Part shown: one piece after another, positions 14,154 through 28,500 of the stretch | Layout: each line of letters begins with the position of its first letter | How positions within the stretch are numbered: position 1 is the stretch's first letter | From: Tubulanus polymorphus | Lineage: Eukaryota > Animalia > Nemertea | Reading direction: 5' to 3' | DNA: 64,000 nt | NCBI RefSeq assembly: GCF_964204645.1 | Contig: NC_134027.1 | Location: 4,186,485-4,250,484, forward strand | Position numbers and translations under genes: made by a program | The notes under the pieces: model-generated | The model's input: the letters and a program-made list of their open reading frames with translations, nothing else | The model's database searches: none | What the model was told of the DNA's origin: nothing

Positions 14154-15522
14154 TTAATCATTAATCAAATACAAAGCTAGTGGATTCCTGCAGGTTCCAC
14201 ATGAACCTCCTGCCCGTCCTGACGATGTGTGCCGATTCATATTACGTTTTTCACGTTGACAAACTGCATCTTTAGATGATTTTGGATCACTCAAAGTTGT
14301 CATCCAAATAACGCCCTGAAATGGAAATGTGTGACTTGCATAAATCTAATGATATATAGTAGTATAGAAATCTGTACAAACTGCGTATTGGTGCTCAATC
14401 TAAAACGAGTACAATAGAAGAATAGTTTGTAAAAAGATGTGATTAGCCATTCTACGATGTCACGAATTGCTTCGCACCCATGGCTGAAATTGAAGTCCCG
14501 TGCCAGTTAAGTCTACTCTAAATTCCCCATCTAGATGGTCACTTCCAGCGCACGATCCCGCCTCCATGTATCTCGGATGGTATTCGCCTTTCGTTTCGGC
14601 GAAGGTCAGATCGGTGTCATCTATTGTTAAATTTTCCTATAAAGAATTAGAATATGTGGCTGCTTTATATGTAAGTGAGGATATGATTATCACGTAGATA
14701 TTTAGAGACCGAATGATAGGAATATGAGGAATACGGTATGCAGAAGTGCGATAAGTACTTACATTATTTGGCTTTATTCTGATCTTACTGAACTTAGAGA
14801 TGCCATTTCTTCCTGGGTAGTTCTTCACGATCGAATAATTCTTGTCCTTTCCTGCTGGCAAATTCAGATAATCTTTGGGATTCGAGTCCATGTCTTTACA
14901 ATAAACTTTGAGTGGTTTTCGGCCGATGCGTCTCGGATATATTGTGTAATCGCCGTCAAATGGTCGTCCCATATGGGAAATATCGACACAACACGCTGGC
15001 TTTTCTATTAAAAAACATTACTCTTCAAAAGCCTTATACCTTTTTGATCTAATTGTCTTCGAATTATGTAAAGTACGTATATTCTTAAATAATCAGATCT
15101 ACGTATATACTTACCCATTCGCTTTTCCCCACATTCTGTCCCAATCCCACACTGAAAAATAGAACAGTCATATGATGTTCGATTGAATTAACTACAGATT
15201 CTTCCGATGTCGACGAATTTGAATTTACTGCTGAAAAATAGTTGAATCCTGGTCTGTATTCTAGTGGAATTTCACAAAAGGCGACGTCATTGTTCAACTG
15301 ACAAATCTTTTCATCCTTGTTCCAGTTATAACTTTGACACTTGTCAAGTTTATCGCATTTCTTCTCGCACGCATCTGGACTTTTTAATTTTCCTTCCCAC
15401 AGATATGGACCGCTAAGCGCGTGATCAGTTGTATGCTTTGATAGGATACTGAACGTCTTCGAAGCATAACTAATATTGACAATTGAAAACCCCAAAATCC
15501 AAAACAATGCTATAAGCTTCAT
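14154..15522 (-). CDS. Secreted protein: signal peptide + PAN/apple domain + GON domain (spliced)
   Basis: MKLIALFWILGFSIVNISYAS signal peptide; CEKKCDKLDKCQSYNW..KICQLN PAN motif; DGDYTIY..LKVYCKDM..PKDYLNL..NYS..FSKIRI, AGSC..GEFRVDLTGTG and SGRAGGSCGTC GON motifs. TAA at 14154-14156. The junction near 15113-15200 is uncertain. Confidence 0.8.
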
Positions 15523-16368
15523 ACTAAAATGATATTTTATTTCAACAACTGGGGCAATTCGCAACTGAATCAATGTTTAATTCTCTCACCCTTTATTTCA
15601 ATTTCCCAAGTCACATGATATCAACATATCACAATGTTACAGTTTTATCATGTTTAACTTGGTTATCATTATGTATTCACGTGCTGAAGGTTTGAGATTA
15701 TACTGATTCATAAGTTCCGTCAGTAAATATGATTGAAAAAAGATTCAGAACCGCATCAGCGGTGATCGTGAACGACATTTCTATCGTGTCCAAAGAATAT
15801 ATATCTTCATGTTGATAAATCACTTTTATCTCTGCGCCTAATTATTCGACACAATACGTCTTCACCTAGATTCGATATCTTTTGAAAGAGACTTACGCAG
15901 CCAAACAGTTAACATCTCAAAGTAAATGTGCACCATATTGCAAGCTATCGATTTTGAATGCAGCTGTTCTGGTACCCGGCCGGTACCTCCATTTTAAATC
16001 ATTGGTCTGCGTAATATATTTTTTACTCAAAATCCGACAAAGCATCATCATCCCTCGATCATTTGAAACTGTAAGTGCCTTTTGCAACTATACGTATTAT
16101 GTAAACTATTTACGTAATTCATTCTGCTATAATAGGGGTTTATGAAGATGCCGATGTTTTGCTTTCCGGCAAAATCCAAACATGTGTTGATACTGGACAT
16201 GGAAATCAGGAATCGAATGAACATATGGCTGCTCTATATGATTTAGTGTTGTAGCTAAGCATACGGCATTTTGATGACAACCAACATTTCGAACTGCGTC
16301 GTTTGTTTCTGACTGAGATTTTTAAGAACGTCCTGTTTTCAGGTTCCCCTTCGATATAACAGTTCGGA

Positions 16369-19208
16369 ATGGCTGAATGGCGTGAAGTGATATTGAATGG
16401 CGTAAATGAAGTAGTTTTTCCGCGAGCTATTCCGGGAACCATTGCAGTATACGGAGAGAGCTTTCATCCGATCATCACCAACAAATTCGGACAAGTACTG
16501 TGCGCTGCAGGTAAATACCAAAACCAATCGTCACCATTCGTACAACATTGAGCTTAATGGGATAGTGGTTATATCATCTATTTGTGTACTTTCGGTCGTT
16601 TCTTCCTGTCAGCTCTATTCATTCTTGTTCTTCAGGTGAAGTCGGGAACGGTCGCATTGTCGTATTAAGCCATAGTAGATTCATTGCCGACTGTCATTCA
16701 CTAACCGAAAATGGCCTATTTTGTAAGAACATCAAGTTCTGGCTGACTAGAGGTAGCTATGAGGATGATAGCGAAGAATGTGAAGTTGTCGATATCAGTA
16801 AAGTCGAAAGTATCAGTGACATCCCACGAAACAATAAAATATGTTCGTGGACCACGAAGAATCTACCAGACAATGAAATAGATAAGATGGTAAAGTGGTT
16901 GGAAGAGGGTGGAGCACTCGTGTGCGGTGCTTGTACTTGGGGATATTTACAACTTCATCCCGGAAAGGAAATATCTGATATGCCCTTGAGTCGACTATTT
17001 CAGGCAATCGGAGGGTTGGTTTTTGTGGGCGGAACAAAGTTCAAACACGAGGGCCATGAAACTAAAATGAGCGAAAACAAGGCAGCCTGTGCTAGATTGG
17101 ATGTGATTTGTAAGGAGGCAATTAATAACATAGAATTTCTTGGAACTATCAGCGCAGTTCTTAAACACCTTCCCGACAACATCTGTGATTGCCATAAACA
17201 AAATATAACAGAATTATTGGACACATTAGAGACAGACACTCACTGCATTCCAACAAAAGAAAACTTAATTTCAACCGATAGAACAAAAAGAATCGCGAAG
17301 TTGAGATGCGATATGCTGATATACGAAGGCATGAAAGGCAATGCGGTTGTTGCGCCCGGAATAAATCATTTTCCGGGGATATTTTCAACCGCTCCGAAAC
17401 TCGAAAATGTCAAACTGAGAATTCATTCAACTTGTAAGAAATACCACGCTACCGGATGCTACTTACCAGCAGGAACGGTGATGGGGATTGATTGGAATTC
17501 AAGAAATCAATGGAATGTATTTGTTGGGCTCCATACTGACAAGCTGAAGATGAATAAAAGAACATGGAGTAGATGGCCCAGGATAATAGTAAAGAAAGCA
17601 ATGAAATCATCTCCAATGAAAATTTGCAGTCCATTTGGCGGCTTAGTATATTTGGAATCTCCACCAAATGCCAGCGAAGTTATAGATGTTACTTTGAACG
17701 ATGTCGTCCCAGCACCAGTCTTCACATATGAAACAGCTAAAGAGTGGACAAGCTCCCACATACAGAAACCTGGTTTATGGTGTGATATCATAGGAGATAA
17801 GATCTCATTCATCATGCCGAGTCGTGCAGTGAGAAATCTGACTGATTTGACACAGACGATGAAAGTTTGGGATTCAGTGGTCGATGCTCACATAGAATTA
17901 CGTGGTTGTGACCCTTCATTGGGACGAGGTCAGATTGTCATAGCCGATCAACAGTTACAATGGGGCTACATGCATGCTGGATATCCCATTTGCACCCATC
18001 TCGATGTTTCAGACTGTGATAATGTAAATATCAATACTTAAGTATTTAGGCCTAATTTCTGAAAAAGTTTTCGTATCATGATTTTTTAGCATAATTCAAT
18101 TGGCTTCACATGTGTGATACACGTATCTCGTAGGTCGATGGTTTTCTGCTGTACGGTGAGAAAGTTAAACGCGATGGGAAGTGGGGATTGTTCCACGAAC
18201 TAGGACATAATTTCCAAGATAAACTGTGGACATGGGATGGCACCAATGAAGTAACAGTTAACATATTCACCTTGCATGCCATGGATGTCATCTGTAATAA
18301 GTCACCATGGATACACCCCTGGTTGAAAAAACATATGAACTCGGCTGAAAGTTACCTAAAGGTAAGTAATTAACACTTAATGTCAGCGTTCCCAGAAACC
18401 TGTGGTCACAACTGCAGCTATCTCGCATCTTTGTGGTGTGTGGGTGATTTGGTTCTAAATGAAATGTGGTCGGACGCCATGGCGGATCAACTAAAACATA
18501 GGGGATTGTAGTTCCTCGGATTTAAAACCTGGGTTGTGATGTCCTGGTGTAGGAGAAATACAAAAATTATATTCGACAATCCGACAATGAGGACCAATGT
18601 CGGGGAAATCTGTTCTGATTGTCGGAGACATGGCTTATCATTCGTAGCAATATAGACTCACCCTCGCCTTAACTCAAACATCACAGTACGGTATATTGGA
18701 TTTTGTTTCCGTTTTTCATTAGTGACGGTTTCATTAACTTTCGTAATCTTACGCATTTACATTCCTGCCGAACTTGCAATAGGTTTTGATATTTGTCATC
18801 ATTATATTTCATTAGGATGGTGCAGATATTGACAAATGGAGAAAGAGTCCTGGTATTGCCTTGATCGTTTACGCCCAATTGGCGCGTGATTTCGGGTGGG
18901 ATGCTTACAAAACCATCTTTCTAAAATATAACCTGCTTCCAAAGCGTAAGCATCCAAAGACCCGCGCAGAAAAGGAGAGCCAATGGATAAAACTGTTTTC
19001 CAAGATCGTAAAACGCAATTTGTGCCCACTTTTTGAATTTTGGGGTTGGTCCATAGCGGATAGAATTTCTGCTAAATTGAAGAAATTTGTGCCGTATCTG
19101 CCGAATGACGAAACTACTGAAATAGCACCAGACCGAGCGAGAATTATAGCAACGAAGTATGGCTGTGAATTCCCGGGCGTATCACGCACTAAAAAGGAAG
19201 AATTATAA
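16369..19208 (+). CDS. TCAF: TRPM8 channel-associated factor (TCAF/FAM115) homolog, peptidase M60-like. Exons 16369-16510, 16636-18023, 18134-18361, 18816-19208
   Basis: TGCYLPAG, HTDKL..WSRWP, SPFGGLVYL, MHAGYPI, WGLFHELGHNFQ..WTWDGTNEVTVN, FGWDAY, NLCPLFEFWGW. Splice phases are consistent. Confidence 0.92.
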
Positions 19209-19317
19209 ACATATGATAGACTCTTCTTCATCTTTGTGAAAAATTATTTTACCTTCAGGTTTCAATTAACATTTCAAATGTTGATATATTATTGTAATTG
19301 TGATGAATTCATATCAA

Positions 19318-19765
19318 GCCTTGTAGAAATTGCGGCATGATTCTTCTACTTATCAGCAGGAACGGTGGTGGATGTTATTGGGATGCATTGAACTTAAACA
19401 TTTGCTGATCTATATGGCGGCTTAGTTTTTCTGGAATCTTCATCAAACGCCAGCGAAATCATTTATGTTACTTAATGTAGTGAGAAACGACTGAATAGTA
19501 TGGTGGCTGATTTGGAACATGCCAATATATCATTCCACCCTTAAAGAAAACGCGCAAAACCAATTTCACCGCGTTTTTTTCGCGTTTTCGTGGATGATGA
19601 AAAAATATTGTTATGTCCGGAATGAGCCTCCGTGAAATGGCATCGGTCGAAGCGGGTTTAATTATAGCAACGAAGTATGTTCATGAGCATATCATCCTTT
19701 AGAAACGAGAAATTGTAAATACCTGTAATAATGGTAAATGGTCTTCATCATCGTGTTTGTGAAAG
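19318..19765 (+). pseudogene. Decayed, internally deleted relic of a tandem TCAF duplicate
   Basis: 19318-19385 resembles 17430-17500, 19413-19472 resembles 17633-17695, and 19661-19765 resembles 19143-19242. The segments are collinear, with indels and no ORF. Confidence 0.75.
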
Positions 19766-20844
19766 CCTATCGTTTCCAATTGATTTTTTTTCTCGATGCA
19801 GCGGTTGAAACTATCGAAAAATGATTTCCAGTAAGCTTCCTTATGTTACTTTTCAATCAAGTTTCAAATGTAATTTTTCAAGTTGAGACTGTATATAATT
19901 ATTGTATCGGGTATGAAATAATGAAGCCTAGATTGAAAAGGCATTTGTTATGTGAGTTCTTGTTGAAGTAGCAATAAATTATACAGATCTCGGCATTTTT
20001 ACACGTTTACTTTTGAGTCTTTGGTCATCACCAGCCAATATTTACACCATTAGAGCACGTATGTCTCCGTTTCATTTTCCCTGGGAACGAAATAATCCTC
20101 ACGTTCAAACGAAATCCTTTTTTTAATGGTAGGCAATTCCCCCTGACCCCTGAATCCGTGGAGCTGGTCAAAAAGATTATTAATGATATCAGGGCCGATC
20201 TCGTGACTACCGTAGTTTAATATCCATTAATCCTTCTAATCTACGTAACTAAACCTGTATTTATGGAAAGTAGCCCAATTATGGTATGATTCTCATCTCG
20301 TCACATGAAATAAGTTGATTCTTACAGAATGCTATCTGGACCCAACATATGATATGTAATTGCGGATCGATCGCGGATTTGGAATCATAGAATTAAGTCT
20401 AACACCCAAATGAAGTATCCCCCTCCAAGATAGAATCAGTAAAGTAGATACCCAAATGTAATAACCATGGACGTATAAATAGTTTATACGTCCATGTGAT
20501 AACTGATCGTTGCAAACGCTCCATACAATTCGAATTCGTATTGCAATCCAACAACCAATAACTATAGTTTAAAACGCATAGCCACATTACAATGGTTCAA
20601 TCAGCCTAAGCGCTAATTTTGATGTGATGAATTTTTGAATTCTATAATGGATACAGGGTTTTGTTGGACACGCTTTTTAGTAGAGTAATGATGTTTTACA
20701 CATATAAGTTTATGAAACATTCTATTCGTATACAAATTATATATTATTTGACGCGTATAAATGAGCAGTTGCTGCGTTGTCAATGTACATAAATTAAGTA
20801 CGTGGTATCTTAGACCCAAGAGCATATTTCTTACACGACACGAT

Positions 20845-22695
20845 ATGGAGGAGACACAAGCTTTGTCTGTGCGCATCATCTTATACATCAGCATTTTAGG
20901 ATGCTGGGCCATCTTGTCGGTTTTCAGTAATTTTCTTATATTAGCGGCCGTCATCCGAAACAAGAAGATGCAAACAGCGACAAACATTCTTATCTGTAAT
21001 TTGGCAGTCAGTGATATCATACTTGCGAGTTTGGTAATCCCACAAGAACTACATGATTTGAAACAAACAGAACATTACGATAAAGGTATGTCAACTTTCA
21101 AAAATATCATACTTCAATAAATGCGGAACATAAATGGAACATAAATCAAAATCGTTGTACATTGAATACATGCTTAGATATGATTGATTTCAAAATAAGC
21201 GTTCGAAGTGCCGATGTTGTTTCCTCTTTTCAAAGAGAAAAATCATCTAAGTTTTATTTCAGAACTTTTTTGTTGATAATTTTTTCGTTTTTAAAAGATT
21301 TGTGTTCTAAAGCTATGGTGGCTGATTCGGGGCCCATGTAAAAAGAAAACAGCACAAACGTTGCAAATTTTTTTTTTTTACAGAGGTCTAAAAGTCGTTT
21401 TATCGCGCAATTAAACCGATGCATAGTGTATAAAAGTTTCGGTGTCAACGGGTAAATCGTTACTTTCATGTACGTGCACACGTACCGATACCGGTTCGAC
21501 GAACGACAGTCACCCGTCTGCGTCGGGTTAAAACGCGATCTCATTACTATCCGGAACAACTTCCTGATGGCCATTTATTAATTTCCTGTAGCTTGTTATT
21601 TCCCAACGATGTCCTTCATGTAGGATGAGATCTAATTACAGAAACAAGGGGACTAAAGTCGGTTATCGCAATCATAATCAACCTTTGACCATTTTGTGAT
21701 TTCATTGCTTTCAACGAAATCTGATACTTCGGAATAAGTGGAGAGATCATAATCAATTTGTATTTCTCGTTGCAGGACAATTGTTCTGTGTCGCTGGTAA
21801 CTATCTAATTATCGTGTGCATCGCAAGTTCTGTGTATTGTATGGTGGCTGTGGCGTATGACCGATACAGAATGGTTAAGAAAAACAGTGCCCACCAAGCC
21901 ATTAGCAAAGAATTAACTAAATCACATCTTATCATTATAATTTTTTTCACGTGGTTCATCGCCATTCTAATTGCGATTCCAACTTTGTTCGAATATCGGC
22001 TTCAAACCTCCCAAGCAGACAAAACAGAGAACTCTACGTCTAATGGAACTTTTCTGTCTTGTAACAGTGAGGGAACCTCATATTGGTTTAAAGTTGCTAA
22101 CATATTGGCCATATTTTGCGTCTGTTACGTGATACCTTTAACGCTGATAAGTTGGTTTTACGGTAACCTGGTGTATTTTCTATGTAAACGGGAAGGAGAT
22201 ACGTTGGCAAATACGACAGCCGCAACATCGACGTCAAGAAATAAACGACGACTCGATATTGCCAAAATGCTTATCATCGTGACAGTGACGTTTGCTCTGA
22301 GTTGGCTGCCATATTTTGTAATCTTTATCATCGAGGTAAAAAGGACAAATCAGAATTTAGAATATGAAATGATGACCAGTCGAATATTATCCATTTGATG
22401 AATAATTTGCGACCTATCAAAAACCATTAATCTCCGCAATTGTTCATGTCTATTTTGATTTCCTTTATTGTAGGAGGTATTCGGATTAGATGATAGCGAA
22501 GAAGCAGATGGAGCGCTGAATCTTTTCCGAATCGCTTTAACAGCGTTTAGTTCGTCTTATAACGTGTTCATTTATGCGCGCTTTAACTCGGCCTTCCGAA
22601 ACGAATTCAAGTTGTTACTTTCCTGTCGTTGTTGTTACAAGCCACCAAGAGTTTCTCCAATACCTGGAACAAGTGGGGCTCCACTTGAAACATAA
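20845..22695 (+). CDS. Rhodopsin-like (class A) peptide-receptor-type orphan GPCR. Exons 20845-21085, 21776-22335, 22474-22695 (an upstream in-frame ATG lies at 20761)
   Basis: TM1 SN, MQTATNILICNLAVSD (TM2), TM3 Cys plus AYDRY, TM4 W..IP, TM5 YVIPL, TM6 FALSWLPY, TM7 SSYNVFIY, and helix 8 FRNEF followed by cysteines. Confidence 0.9.
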
Positions 22696-22864
22696 CAATA
22701 GAGTGCGTCTTCACACCATGTACAGATGACTGTACCTTACTTAACGAACAACGCAAAAACTTTTTGAATTTGAATACCTTTAATACCCTTGATATTCTGA
22801 AAAACCCAACGGTCAACTTAGCTAAATTCATTAAGACCGGCTTAGATGTATATAGATCCCTCCA

Positions 22865-22940
22865 ATAGTATATATAGTACTGTAAATAGTTGATGTATAT
22901 AATAGTATATATAGTATTGTAAATAGTTGATGTATATATA
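22865..22940 (+). repeat. Two-copy tandem repeat of about 37 bp
   Basis: AATAGTATATATAGTA(C/T)TGTAAATAGTTGATGTATAT occurs twice. Confidence 0.85.
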
Positions 22941-23645
22941 TATATATTTCGTTACGTTTTCATTCTCTAAATTTTAATCACTTCAGTGTTGTTTTGTAGA
23001 TATTTGTATATACATGTGTAATAGTTTTCCTCCATATACCATGGAAATGGTTGGAGTGTAAATAAATCGTAATCGTAATCGTAATCAGAAACAATATCAA
23101 CATCCATCGTTCCATATATTCAAATTACGCGTAACTCTGTTGTTGTACGTGTATTTCAATGCATGATATGTACTTCCAAAACTAATTTCACTTATTTCAA
23201 GAGAGATTTAATTACAGTTTTCCCTTCTGCCTTAACATGTTTAATTCTGACCACAAACCCGATCCTGTACTATACAATTGAAGTGAATATACGAATTATG
23301 AAACGAAAATGAAGCAGATAATGTTAAGTAATGATTGGTGAGGCATAGTTCAGTATTCATACATTTTTTTCATCAGTTGCGTTGAGCGAACACAAAGATA
23401 CGATAATATAATTTATATGATTCTTATTTAAGTAATTGATGATTCGAATAGTAAGTACATTTCATCATCGTATTCGCTTTACGTACATGATACATTTGAT
23501 ATAATTTCTCATACACGAAGGTACACCGCTTTCAGGAGCAACATGTTTAGGAACAATGATTATGTGATTTAATCGGAAATATACAAGTGTAGTATACCAA
23601 AGTAACTGAGACTTTACGTAATTCTTCGGTTTAACCACGATATTT

Positions 23646-24937
23646 CTACCATCTCTTTCCAATGGAAAATGTCATAACATCTTTATCATTAGTGAATTCA
23701 GTTTGCCAGTCCAGGTGGATGAACTCTTTTCTAAGTTCGGTGAGCCTTGAACGCGCAACCTGATATTTCGGCGATCCGTAGTACTGAAACACTGGAGTTA
23801 AATCGCCTATCTTGATTTTCGCAGCTTCCCTGATAATACCCGTAAAGTGGACATCATCGACCCAGAAATATTTTGTACGCAGCGCCACGCCTATAAGCTT
23901 TACGAGAGTTCGCATATCTAATAAGAAACCCAGCCCGGAACAATAATCAGGATAGAAATCGCCGGCATACTCCCCTCTGGTAACAATCCATTTCCCTCGC
24001 GCTCGGAAAACGGGACTTCCATGCATAACACGGCATAGAATAGGTGGCGGGTTACCGGGGTGTCTTCTGAAATGTAACCGCAATGTTCGACTCAATCTCG
24101 GTACATTCACGAAGACATCGTCATCGGTTTTCACCACGTATTTAATGTGCGCGCAGTTTTTCTCGATCCAACTCATCGCTGCTAATCCTTTCATTGTTAG
24201 ATTTCTGTAATGTTCAACAAAAGATAACTGTACGATATCTTCGTATTCGGCCATCTCCTGGCGCAACCGACTTTCTTCGCTTTCATTCAAATCGACTTTA
24301 CCGATAAAAAACACTATTCTAAATCTATATTCATGTTGATCAGCTATCCGTGCCCAGGTATTGCGAACATACTGACGTCGTTCCCAATTTCTAACGGCTG
24401 TATGAATGTAGGATAAAAAATGCAGGCTTGACGGACAAATCCTGTTCACCTGGACGTCTCTGACTATTCTAATACATAACATATCGTCAGCATACGGCAT
24501 ACTTAAAAAACAGCTATCGTTGATTTTTGGCGCAGTTGTATTCTTCGCTAAAACTTTATTTACACCATGTCTGCCAACAGTCGTTCTCGTATTGAGAGAA
24601 TCGTCCACTTCATTCGTCAACGAATCGACTTGTGAATTATCACGTACTAAGTCCCGGAAATCCTTTGAATCGTTAACATAACGATAACGTTTTCAATCTT
24701 CTCCTTAACAGTCTTAATTCTGTCGATGATATCATTCGTAATCACCGATTTTCGGGTTTTTGAGACAGCGGCGAGTTCACTTACTAAGTCAAGTAACGTA
24801 GATTCATCGGAATCTATGAGACGCGTTGATTTTCTATCATTATCGCGAAATCTAAGCTGTAACACGGTAAATATCAGGAGGGTAAATGCTGATAGATAAC
24901 AAATAAGATACCTCCATCGGCGAAATTTAAAAACCAT
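23646..24937 (-). CDS. Beta-1,3-galactosyltransferase family (GT31), intronless, split by an apparent 1-nt frameshift near 24690
   Basis: ORF 24647-24937 gives a type II TM anchor and stem. ORF 23646-24620 has RRQYVRNTW, EYEDIVQLSFVEHYRNLTMK, KTDDDVFVN, YPDYCSGLG and VDDVHFTG. The two frames overlap at about 24649-24693. Confidence 0.85.
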
Positions 24938-25569
24938 AGTCCTAACAGTTCAATTCGGCGAGATACGTATTATTTAGAACTTATTCCTGAAAATGCATCG
25001 ATCCAAATCGAACACGCGTTGTATATGTACCGTATGTCAATGGACACGTATGGGCAAAACTTGTGACATGTGATTTAGGACAATCTAACCATGTGACCAT
25101 GACATTAATTAGTAGGGGCTGTGCATAAAGGTTCCAACGCAGATTTTCCCCGACGGCACACATGCAATGTATTCTTGGTCATATTGGCGCAAAACGGGTG
25201 CCGCTCGCACTCGACGGCCGATATGTGATCAATTGAATATTTTCAAAACAATAAATATCAAGTGATTAACTGACGTATTTACATCTGGTGTTCTGAACGC
25301 CCTCGAAGACTACATCAACAATCACTTATCGATCTTATCAAATGTTTAATCTATTTTATTATGGTATGTACCGGGTAATTGATATATACATGCAGATATA
25401 AGATACAGCATACATTTAGTTTGCAAGTTATTTTCTAGTGATATGTCTTGAAACTTCCATCCCTAGTGCGACGGATGTACTCATTTTCCAACCTTTCAAC
25501 AAATTTCTTCGGATATATGAGTTTTTTTTTTAAATAATATCTTATCCAACAATAACTCAGGTATACGCG

Positions 25570-28500
25570 TTATTCAGCCTTTTCAGAAGTTGTTGAGCAA
25601 TTCATCACCAGTTGAAGGAATGTAGTAACTTTGTCTGAGAAATATAAACCAAACATATAACACAAAATACTAGTGAATGTAGTCAGTTTAGAAGAATACG
25701 ATTTGGGAGAGATGAAATATTTGAAGATATATTTTTATGAACTCACCACAGCCAGGAATCTGCAGTTTGAAGTATACAAACGGAATATAAAAAATTATTC
25801 CACCGATAACGAATATAAACGCATACAAAAGTTCAATCTGTGGATCTTGCACAATCGGGGCGATGACGAGATATAATGAAATAAGTAGCATGATGACAGC
25901 AATAGGAATTGGACACTGAAAATAGTACAGAAAACATAGCAACTGATATTGTGCATCTGTTCTCCTAGAAATTCTCAAAAATATGCATATATCAGCGTAA
26001 GCATTTCAGCGCGTATATTATCTAACATTTAAATATAAATGTACTTAGATAAGAACATTGAAAACAAACAGATCTTTCCGAATTTCGCACACGTATATTT
26101 CAGTCTATCCATACCTTGTAAGGCCTGTGTACATCTTTCATCGTGTATCTGAGAACCAGAAACGCGATCATTGTCAGACCGTAAAACAACCATGCAGTAA
26201 AACTTAAGAAATCGATCAATGTGAAAATATCTCCAGGTATCACCATTATTATTGCAATAATTGTCTGAAAAATAGATGGTGAAACTTTAAAATCAAAAAT
26301 CTTATGTCGTATTTCGTTTCAGCATTTAAAAAGGTTTTCCAAACATTAGTTAATAGACCTTTACGGAGAAGCTCAACTTTCACTGAGAAAATATGACATT
26401 AGACGAAAACAATTTCATAAGTACTTATGAGGGCACTGTTTTTTATCGGGCTGATTTAGTTGAACATAAGTCGAAGGCTATTTCTCTGGTTTATTGCAAA
26501 ATATCAAGAATATCCATCGTTCAAAAAGTTCATCGAATTTAAACAACGAAATCTAGCGCTTGACAATCATAATCTGAAACGAACATTGAATGGTATACAT
26601 GTAAATGTATATTTACCGTAAATACGAGAGATGGTAACGGTGTGAGTTGTTTGACATGAACCATAGATAATATATCCATAAGATGACCCTTTCGTGCTGC
26701 AGCGAATATCAATCTGAAAATAATCTCTATAAATATTCTAAACGAGAACGACAAATTCTGAAAAAATTAGATTAATTTATTGATTAGGACTTGAATAATA
26801 CACTATGTGCAGGATCCAGAAAAGAATTATTGGGAATGAAGGACCCTACCTGGCACGGCAAAATATTGATCCATTACACGCTCCAAATGTTGACATTGCT
26901 ACTGATAGCGGAATAACCCATACAAATGAGCCAAGCACATCTTTTCCCCATGTCTGAATAAAGATCATAAACATTTATATACAATTTTAAGCATAGTTCA
27001 CTACGTTTTCTCTGACATTAACCTGATCCTCCAAAAGCGTTTTGCATCTGACCGGGAACTTACCACAGCAACAGCAGTTGATCCTAAAACCTCTTCTTTA
27101 GACATGACGGAGAAATAAGATACATTCACGAGCAAATAAATAACCGTCACCAGTGGAATTGCTATCATTAAAGCACGAGGAAGATTCCTACAGAGAAATA
27201 CCAAAAAAAAGATCATTTTGAAGTTGGAGTCTGATTTAAATGTATCCATTTTTGTCGTAGATTTCTTTCTGACTCGAACGCGCTTAATTCAGTATCCACT
27301 GGGCTGTTGGATACGTGATTTCATTCAATCAAACGCTAGGAAGTCTGTTGTCACTTACTTCTCTGGATTCTTCATTTCCTCAGTAACGAAGTTCAGGTTA
27401 TTCCTAAAGAAAGAAATGACCTAATTATCATCTCTGTTTGTCTACGTTGTTACAAGGAATTTTTTCTTGGAAGCAATATTGTGGTTCTCCTACCATCCAC
27501 CATAGGCCCATAGGCCACTGTAGAACGCTAAGGCTATGGATGTAGGATTAGTGCTTGAATCTTTGAAACCTTCTGCCAAATACTGGGTATTTCCTATGAA
27601 TGAATATCGATATATAATGCACCACTTGTCCAAAAACTCGTTAAGGGCCCTTGTGACATAAGTATTTTTTCAGAAGGTGGATAATTATTTTGTATGCTAT
27701 CTAAACGAAGTACAGTTCTACGCCATATGCAATTGCTCCCAGCTAACTCAAACTGATTTCCTTTAACATTTCGTTTTCAAATTACAGTCAAATTGGTTCC
27801 GCCTGTAAAACGCTACCAAACACACCTTGTGCCATTTTTACAATTCCACCAACGGCAATGATGATTAGTGCAATAACCTTTGCTATCGTGAATACAACTT
27901 GCACTCTGGCCGCTAACCGTATACTGTATGCGTTGATAGACGACACTGTCACTGAAATAACAGCAAAAGAATACACAAACAAGCACTTGACAAATAGATA
28001 TTGGAAAAAAATCCAGTATTTAAGGAAATATTTTTTGGTCAAATTCCATGCATCATTCAATAGATACTTCTTCCAGCGAAACAAACTTACAAATACACGT
28101 AATGCTTATCGACTTCACAATGAACACCGGTGGGCCACAGTCGTCGAAAAATGGCGCAGAAACATAAGATGCAAATGCCAATGCCACTACAGCGAAGGAT
28201 GATGGGTCCAAAATGATAACAGAAATCCAGGAGTACAAAAATGCTGGAATGGGGCCTATAAACTTGTGTAGCGGGCCAAACGCGTCGTACAAATATGCGT
28301 ATTCACATCCTGACTTCGTTATTAAAGTTCCCAGTTCGGCATAAACTAATGAACCTGTATATTATAGAAACAAAACTTCACATTAAGAATCCATCGATTG
28401 AATCTTAAAAAGAGAGTAAGATGATTTCATGAAGTGTCCTGACCCAGCATAGATATGATTCCACATCCAAACCATATACATAAACTCGATGCAACTGAGC

